The position numbers and the translations under genes are program-made. Of a DNA stretch of 64,000 nucleotides, positions 59,085 through 64,000 are shown one piece after another; the first letter of the stretch is position 1, and every line of letters begins with the position of its first letter. Origin of the DNA: Acidobacteriota bacterium (GTDB taxonomy: Bacteria; Acidobacteriota; Thermoanaerobaculia; Multivoradales; Multivoraceae); NCBI GenBank assembly GCA_026708285.1, contig JAPOVF010000399.1:46669-110668 (forward strand), read 5' to 3'. The notes below the pieces were generated by a model, which made no database searches, was not told the origin of the DNA, and worked only from the letters and a program-made list of their open reading frames with translations.

Positions 59085-61259
59085 GTGACCGGCGCCGTCG
59101 ACCCGGGGGCCGCGGGCGACCTGGATGCCGACTTCGAAGCGGCTCTTCGCCGCCTACTCGATCCGGCGAACGCCGGCCGCAGTCTGCACTGGGGCCGGAG
59201 CTACCTGTACGAAGGCTCGTGGCAGCGGCGCCGAGACGGGGGCGAAGTCGCCGTCGTCGTCAAGCAGTTCCGTCACGACGACCTGCGGGCGAGGCTTCGC
59301 CGCCGCCGGCGGGGCAGTCGGGCGCGGCTGAGCTTCCATGCCGCGCGCCGGCTCCGGGCTCTGGGCATCCCGACGCCGGAGCCGCTGCTCTACGCGGAGT
59401 CGACGGCGGTGGAGGGTCCCGCCTGGTTCGTGTGCCGGCGGGTGCCGGAGGCCGTCGAACTGCGGTACGTGCTCAGGGCCCTGAACTCCGGCGAAGGCCC
59501 GGGGCGTTTCCCCGGAATCGACGGAGTGGCCCTGCTGCGCCGGGTCGGCGCTCTGGCCGCGGAACTGCACCGCCACGGCGTCTGGTTCCGGGATCTGACC
59601 TCCGGCAACGTGCTGCTGTCGGCACCGACCACGGATGCCGAGCTGTACCTCGTGGATCTGAACCGCGCCCGCTTCCGGGGACGGCTTTCCGTGAGCCAGC
59701 GCCTGCGGGATCTCAGCAGGATGCCCGTGTTGCGCCCGGCGGACCGCGCCGAATACCTCCGCGGCTACCGCCCCGCCGGGCTGCCGCGGTTTCAGCAGCT
59801 CTGGTTCGACCTCTACCACCACGGTTTCCGTCTCAGGATCCGGTCCAAGCACGGTGCCCGGCGGGGTCTGCGCCGCGTGGCCGACCTGCTCCTGCCGCGC
59901 CGGCGCGCGCACCCTCACGTCCCCGGCGCGGACACGGCCGCGAAGGCTCAGGAACGGGCGGTGTGGGATCCGCTCACCGACCAGCCCCACCAGCACGCAA
60001 CCCGTAGCCAGCGCCTCGGGGTCCGTCTGCGCGACGCGGCCCATCATGCCCGTCCGCTCCTTCGCGCCGCCGGACCGCTGCTCGGATCGATCCTCGAGGC
60101 GAAGCGCGTTCGGCGCCGGCTCGATCGACTCCCGGAGAGGATCCCGTTCCATGGCCTCGGCGTGGCGGTCGGTCCGGATTCGGCGCCGGTTGGCGACCTG
60201 GTCGAGGCGATCGACGATCTCGGGGTCGACAGCGTGTTGCTGCGCTTCCACCTCTGGCGGGATCTCCACGACGACCTGCTGGAGCTGGCGGAGATCCTCG
60301 CCCGGGCGGAAAGGAGGCCGGTCGAGCTGGTGTTCCAGTTGAGCCAGGACCGGTCGCTCGTGCGGGACGGCGAACTCTGGCGACGGCGCGTGGAGGAAGC
60401 CGTCGCCGCGCTCATGCCGTTCGGGCAGAGCTTCCTCATCGGCCAGGCGCCCAACCGGAGCAAGTGGGGCGTGTGGAGACCTGACGAGTACTGGAGTCTC
60501 CTGGCGGCCGGCGTCAGGGCCGTGCGGGCAGCGGACCGGGACGCGTGCGTTCTCGCGCCCGCGGTCATCGACTTCGAACCGCACGCGACAGCCGGACTCG
60601 TGCACTCGGGGTTGCGGGAGCACCGGTTCGACATCCTGGCGAGTCAGCTCTACGTCGACCGGCGGGGGGCGCCGGAGAACCGCCAGCTCGGCTTCGACCT
60701 CGCCGGCAAGCTGGCCCTGCTGCGAGCCCTGGCCCGCAGGGCGCCCGACTGCGCGTCGGATCGAAGCTGGGTCACCGAGTTCAACTGGCCGCTCCGGGAA
60801 GGGCCCCACGCCCCCGCCGGCCGCGATGTCGCCGTCGACGAGGACACCCAGGCCAGCTACCTCGTCCGCTACTGCCTCGAGGCCCTGGGAACCGGTCTTG
60901 CCGAGCGTGTCTTCTGGTGGCAATTAGCGGCGGCCGGCTACGGGCTGATCGATCCCCGCGGGGGCGCCCTGCGCCGGCGGCCCGCTTACCTCGCCCTCCG
61001 TCAGCTCCAGCGCGCCTTCGCGGGCGCCGGGGTCGAACGGCTGAGGCTGCCGCCGGGAGTGCGCGGCTACCGGGCGCTCCGGCCCGGCCGGGAGATCCAG
61101 GCGCTGTGGACGACCGACCGCCGCGGCCGCTCCTTCGGTCCCCCCGTCCGCGTCCGCAGGGCATGGGATCGCGACGGCCGGGAATCGGATTCCGGCGACG
61201 TTCCGTTGGGGCCGGCGCCGGTCTACTTCGAGTGCGAGAGGTCAGACACCGGGACGTAA
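59085..61259 (+). CDS. two-domain protein: Kdo/WaaP-family lipopolysaccharide-kinase-like N-domain fused to a TIM-barrel glycoside-hydrolase-like C-domain
   Basis: N-domain kinase-like motifs (VVVKQF..., HRHGVWFRDLTSGNVLL, LYLVDLNRARF). C-domain has GH-A-like TEFNW and an aromatic-rich barrel. No Met occurs in the first ~170 codons after the rng stop, so the start is non-ATG; GTG 59085 is proposed (CTG 59037 possible). Confidence 0.55.
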   Translation: MTGAVDPGAAGDLDADFEAALRRLLDPANAGRSLHWGRSYLYEGSWQRRRDGGEVAVVVKQFRHDDLRARLRRRRRGSRARLSFHAARRLRALGIPTPEPLLYAESTAVEGPAWFVCRRVPEAVELRYVLRALNSGEGPGRFPGIDGVALLRRVGALAAELHRHGVWFRDLTSGNVLLSAPTTDAELYLVDLNRARFRGRLSVSQRLRDLSRMPVLRPADRAEYLRGYRPAGLPRFQQLWFDLYHHGFRLRIRSKHGARRGLRRVADLLLPRRRAHPHVPGADTAAKAQERAVWDPLTDQPHQHATRSQRLGVRLRDAAHHARPLLRAAGPLLGSILEAKRVRRRLDRLPERIPFHGLGVAVGPDSAPVGDLVEAIDDLGVDSVLLRFHLWRDLHDDLLELAEILARAERRPVELVFQLSQDRSLVRDGELWRRRVEEAVAALMPFGQSFLIGQAPNRSKWGVWRPDEYWSLLAAGVRAVRAADRDACVLAPAVIDFEPHATAGLVHSGLREHRFDILASQLYVDRRGAPENRQLGFDLAGKLALLRALARRAPDCASDRSWVTEFNWPLREGPHAPAGRDVAVDEDTQASYLVRYCLEALGTGLAERVFWWQLAAAGYGLIDPRGGALRRRPAYLALRQLQRAFAGAGVERLRLPPGVRGYRALRPGREIQALWTTDRRGRSFGPPVRVRRAWDRDGRESDSGDVPLGPAPVYFECERSDTGT

Positions 61260-61273
61260 GATGACTTCCGGCG

Positions 61274-62071
61274 ATGATCGAAGTGGCTCGATGTCTGATT
61301 CGCTACCGCGGCCTGGTCTGGACGCTGGTGTTGCGGGAGCTGCGCGCGCGCTACCGGGGCAGCGTGCTGGGCTTCCTCTGGTCCCTGATCAACCCGCTGC
61401 TGCTGCTCGCCGTGTACTCGTTCGTCTTCAGCCAGATCCTGCCGCGCGACGTGGTCTCGGTGGAGCCCTACGGTGTCTTCCTGGTGACGGGCCTCTTTCC
61501 CTGGATCTGGGTGTCCACCTCCCTGCTGGAGGGCTGCTCGTCCCTGACCGGCAACAGTGCGCTGATCCGCAAGGCGGTGTTTCCGGTCGAGGTGCTGCCC
61601 GCGGTGGCGGTGGTGGCGAACCTCGTGCACTTCCTGCTCGCGCTTCCGATCGTGGCCGTGGCGCTGATCCTGAGCCGGCTGCTCGGCTATCCGATCGCGG
61701 GCTGGACCTTCGTGCTGTTGCCGGCCGTCCTGTTGATCGAGGTGGTCATGGTGGCGGGCCTCGTCTTCGCGCTGTCCGCGGTGAACGTCCACTTCAAGGA
61801 CGTTCGGGACCTGCTCGGCAACGTCCTCGTGCTGGCCTTCTTCATGGCGCCGATCATCTACACGCTGAGCGATATTCCTCCCGGGTTGGCCCAGGTGGTG
61901 CAGTTGAACCCGTTCACGTCCTTCACGGTGGCGATCCAGGATCTCCTCTTCTTCGGGCGCCTGCCGGTGACCGGGGACTGGCTCGTCATGGCGGTGATCG
62001 CCGTCGTGTCGTGGGCGGTGGGCGCCGGCCTGTTCGCCCGCCTGAGCGACACCCTGGCCGAGGCGGTCTGA
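61274..62071 (+). CDS. ABC-2 type polysaccharide export permease (Wzm/KpsM/TagG-like)
   Basis: 265 aa with 6 predicted TM helices and the ABC-2 signature region. It lies directly upstream of a Wzt-like ATPase. Confidence 0.8.
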   Translation: MIEVARCLIRYRGLVWTLVLRELRARYRGSVLGFLWSLINPLLLLAVYSFVFSQILPRDVVSVEPYGVFLVTGLFPWIWVSTSLLEGCSSLTGNSALIRKAVFPVEVLPAVAVVANLVHFLLALPIVAVALILSRLLGYPIAGWTFVLLPAVLLIEVVMVAGLVFALSAVNVHFKDVRDLLGNVLVLAFFMAPIIYTLSDIPPGLAQVVQLNPFTSFTVAIQDLLFFGRLPVTGDWLVMAVIAVVSWAVGAGLFARLSDTLAEAV

Positions 62072-62072
62072 G

Positions 62073-63494
62073 TTGCCCGCGCCGGCAGTCGTCCTCCGCG
62101 GCGTGGGCAAACGCTACCGGCGCGAGGCCGGCGGCTACCGCCTGCGGACTTTGAAGAGCGCGCTGCTCGAAGGCAGCCTGACGAGCGGGCTGGGCGCGGC
62201 CGACGCGGTCGAGGCTCTCGAAGACGTCAGTTTCGAGGTCGCTGCCGGCGAGGCCGTCGGCGTCATCGGCGGCAACGGTTCCGGCAAGTCGACGCTGATC
62301 AAGCTGGTCGCCGGCCTGTTGCGGCCCACCGCCGGCGAGCTGGCGGTGAACGGCCGCGTGGCTGCCCTGATCGAGCTCGGCGCGGGCTTTCACCCCGAGA
62401 TCTCGGGTCGGGAGAACATCTTCATCAACGGCGCCCTGCTCGGGCTGAGCCGGCGCGTGATCGAAGAGCGCTACGACGACATCGTGGAGTTCGCGGGCCT
62501 TTCCGACTTCATCGAAGAGCCGATCAAGAACTACTCCTCGGGCATGTACGTTCGCCTGGGCTTCTCGGTCGCCATTCACACCGACCCCGAGATTCTCCTG
62601 GTCGACGAGGTGCTGGCGGTCGGTGACGAGGAGTTCGTCCACCGCTGCATCGCCCGGATCGAGGAGCACCTTGCCGGGGGCGGCACGCTGCTCTTCGTGA
62701 GCCACTCGATGGGCCTGGTCGAGGAACTCTGCGACCGGGCGGTCTGGCTGGATCAGGGGCGTAGCAGGGCGATCGGTTCGCCGCGGCGCGTGATCGACGC
62801 CTATCTCGAGGGAGTGGCGAAGCGCGAGGGCGAGGCCCATGACCGTCGCCGGGTCCGGGGCGCCCAGCAGGAGCAGTCGCCGCCGGAAGAGGAGGCCGCC
62901 GCGACGGCGCCCGCCGCGGAGGAGGAGGTCCTGCGCTGGGGGTCCGGCCAGGCGCGGATCGTCGGCGCGCGCCTACTGGCCGGGACCTCGGCCGAGGAGC
63001 GCTATCACGTGCATTGCGGCGAGGCGGTGGCGTTCGAGCTCCAGGTGGAGCCGCGGGAAGCCCTCGACGACTTCGTCTTCGGGGTCGGGGTCAAGACGCC
63101 CCGAGGTGTCGACTGCTGGGGCACGAACACCGATCTCGCCGGCTACGAACCGCGGCGTCTGCGCGGTCCGGTGCGGGTACGCCTGGTCTGCCCGGAACTG
63201 CGGCTGGCCCCGGGCGAGTACACGGTCGATCTCGCGGTTCACGCGCGCGACGGCAGAGCGTACGATTACCGTCGCGGAGCGTTCAGGTTCACGGTGGCCG
63301 AGAGTTCCGCGCTCCGAAGCATCGGTCTCTACCTGCCCGACCATGAGTGGCAGGTCGAGGCGCTCCCCGGCGGCGGCGCCGCCCCGCAAGCGGCGATCGA
63401 GTGGCTTTCGCCTGTCCACGCGAACAGCGGGGGCGGCCCCCGGAATGCCGGCCGGAAGGCCGGCGCACCCAGTGACTCACGGAGGATGGAATGA
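62073..63494 (+). CDS. polysaccharide ABC exporter ATP-binding protein with C-terminal substrate-binding extension (Wzt-like)
   Basis: Walker A GGNGSGKST, ABC signature YSSGM, Walker B LLVDE, plus a ~200-aa C-terminal beta-rich extension like the Wzt C-terminal carbohydrate-binding domain. Confidence 0.8.
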   Translation: MPAPAVVLRGVGKRYRREAGGYRLRTLKSALLEGSLTSGLGAADAVEALEDVSFEVAAGEAVGVIGGNGSGKSTLIKLVAGLLRPTAGELAVNGRVAALIELGAGFHPEISGRENIFINGALLGLSRRVIEERYDDIVEFAGLSDFIEEPIKNYSSGMYVRLGFSVAIHTDPEILLVDEVLAVGDEEFVHRCIARIEEHLAGGGTLLFVSHSMGLVEELCDRAVWLDQGRSRAIGSPRRVIDAYLEGVAKREGEAHDRRRVRGAQQEQSPPEEEAAATAPAAEEEVLRWGSGQARIVGARLLAGTSAEERYHVHCGEAVAFELQVEPREALDDFVFGVGVKTPRGVDCWGTNTDLAGYEPRRLRGPVRVRLVCPELRLAPGEYTVDLAVHARDGRAYDYRRGAFRFTVAESSALRSIGLYLPDHEWQVEALPGGGAAPQAAIEWLSPVHANSGGGPRNAGRKAGAPSDSRRME

Positions 63495-63805
63495 GCGAGC
63501 GACCCAAGGAAGAACAGGACGACCTGGACCCGTCCTCGTCGATCAACGTCAAGATCGGCGACGCCGAACTCAAGGGGGCGTACTCCAACCTGCTGCGCAT
63601 CACCCATACCCGCGAGGAGTTCATCCTCGACTTCATCAACGTGGTGCCGCCCCAGGGCATCGTCAGCGCCCGCATCGTGACCAGCCCGGGGCATCTCAAG
63701 CGGATCATCCGCGCGCTGGGCACGAACCTGCGGCGCTACGAGGAAGTCCACGGCGTGATCGAGGAGGCCCCCGACCCGACGGAACAGTCCGGCCGCGTCA
63801 ACTGA
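63491..63805 (+). CDS. DUF3467-family small protein
   Basis: 104 aa. [17 protein letters not shown] resembles the DUF3467 core. Confidence 0.4.
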   Translation: MSERPKEEQDDLDPSSSINVKIGDAELKGAYSNLLRITHTREEFILDFINVVPPQGIVSARIVTSPGHLKRIIRALGTNLRRYEEVHGVIEEAPDPTEQSGRVN

Positions 63806-64000
63806 CGCGCTGGCTCTTCAGGTACATCGACGCGATCACGTCGCGGTAGCGCTCGCTGACGATCTTCCGGCGCACCTTCAGGGTGGGCGTGATCTCGCCC
63901 TCCTCGATCGTCAGCTCGCGCTCCAGCAACCGGAAGCGGCGCACCCGTTCATGTGCCGGCAGGAGTGCGTTGGCCCGGTCCAGCAGGCCCTGGACGATCT
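63798..64000 (-). CDS. AMP-dependent synthetase/ligase (long-chain acyl-CoA synthetase-like), 3' end only
   Basis: The C-terminal ...[28 protein letters not shown] is the conserved C-terminal Lys region of acyl-CoA synthetases. It runs off the window and overlaps the DUF3467 stop convergently. Confidence 0.6.
   Translation of the reverse strand, partial: IVQGLLDRANALLPAHERVRRFRLLERELTIEEGEITPTLKVRRKIVSERYRDVIASMYLKSQRVS

Noticed and set aside
57825-61259. 1144-aa ORF spanning rng and the kinase gene
   Set aside because: The 5' 400 codons are an alternative frame inside rng (Arg/Pro-rich junk). Only the part after the rng stop (from ~59037/59085) is genuine.

Overview
This is a ~70% GC bacterial chromosomal segment from next to the replication origin, with dense coding on both strands. 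Recognisable core genes in order: a DUF2332 protein, a DUF885 protein, mtnA, a pseudopilin, comEA, two tandem signal peptidase I genes, pyrK-pyrD-pyrF, an AlkP-family membrane enzyme, bactofilin-parB-parA-rsmG with two canonical parS sites, an IS110-family insertion plus tandem repeats, jag-yidC-yidD-rnpA-rpmH, two tRNA-Ser genes, tadA, dnaX-ybaB-recR, a class III aminotransferase, a ~2.5 kb low-GC islet, a DegT aminotransferase, mutY, dnaA-dnaN-gyrB-gyrA, transaldolase, an M20 peptidase, a CYTH protein, a sugar nucleotidyltransferase, thrC-thrB-asd-thrA, ruvB-ruvA, ppiD, mreBCD-mrdA-rodA, an RNase E/G, a Kdo/WaaP-like kinase fused to a glycoside-hydrolase-like domain, a Wzm/Wzt-type ABC exporter, a DUF3467 protein and the 3' end of an AMP-dependent ligase. 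The non-coding features that stand out are: (i) a ~340-bp structured repeat family present in at least four full or partial copies in intergenic gaps; (ii) an IS110-family recombinase with structured non-coding flanks that could hold a bridge RNA; (iii) a ~141-bp tandem repeat array next to jag; (iv) a tRNA-like minihelix at the 3' end of a low-GC, Cys-containing secreted protein gene; (v) two oriC candidates, one on each side of dnaA. The long ORFs antisense to dnaX, gyrA, gyrB, mrdA, rodA and others are high-GC artefacts.
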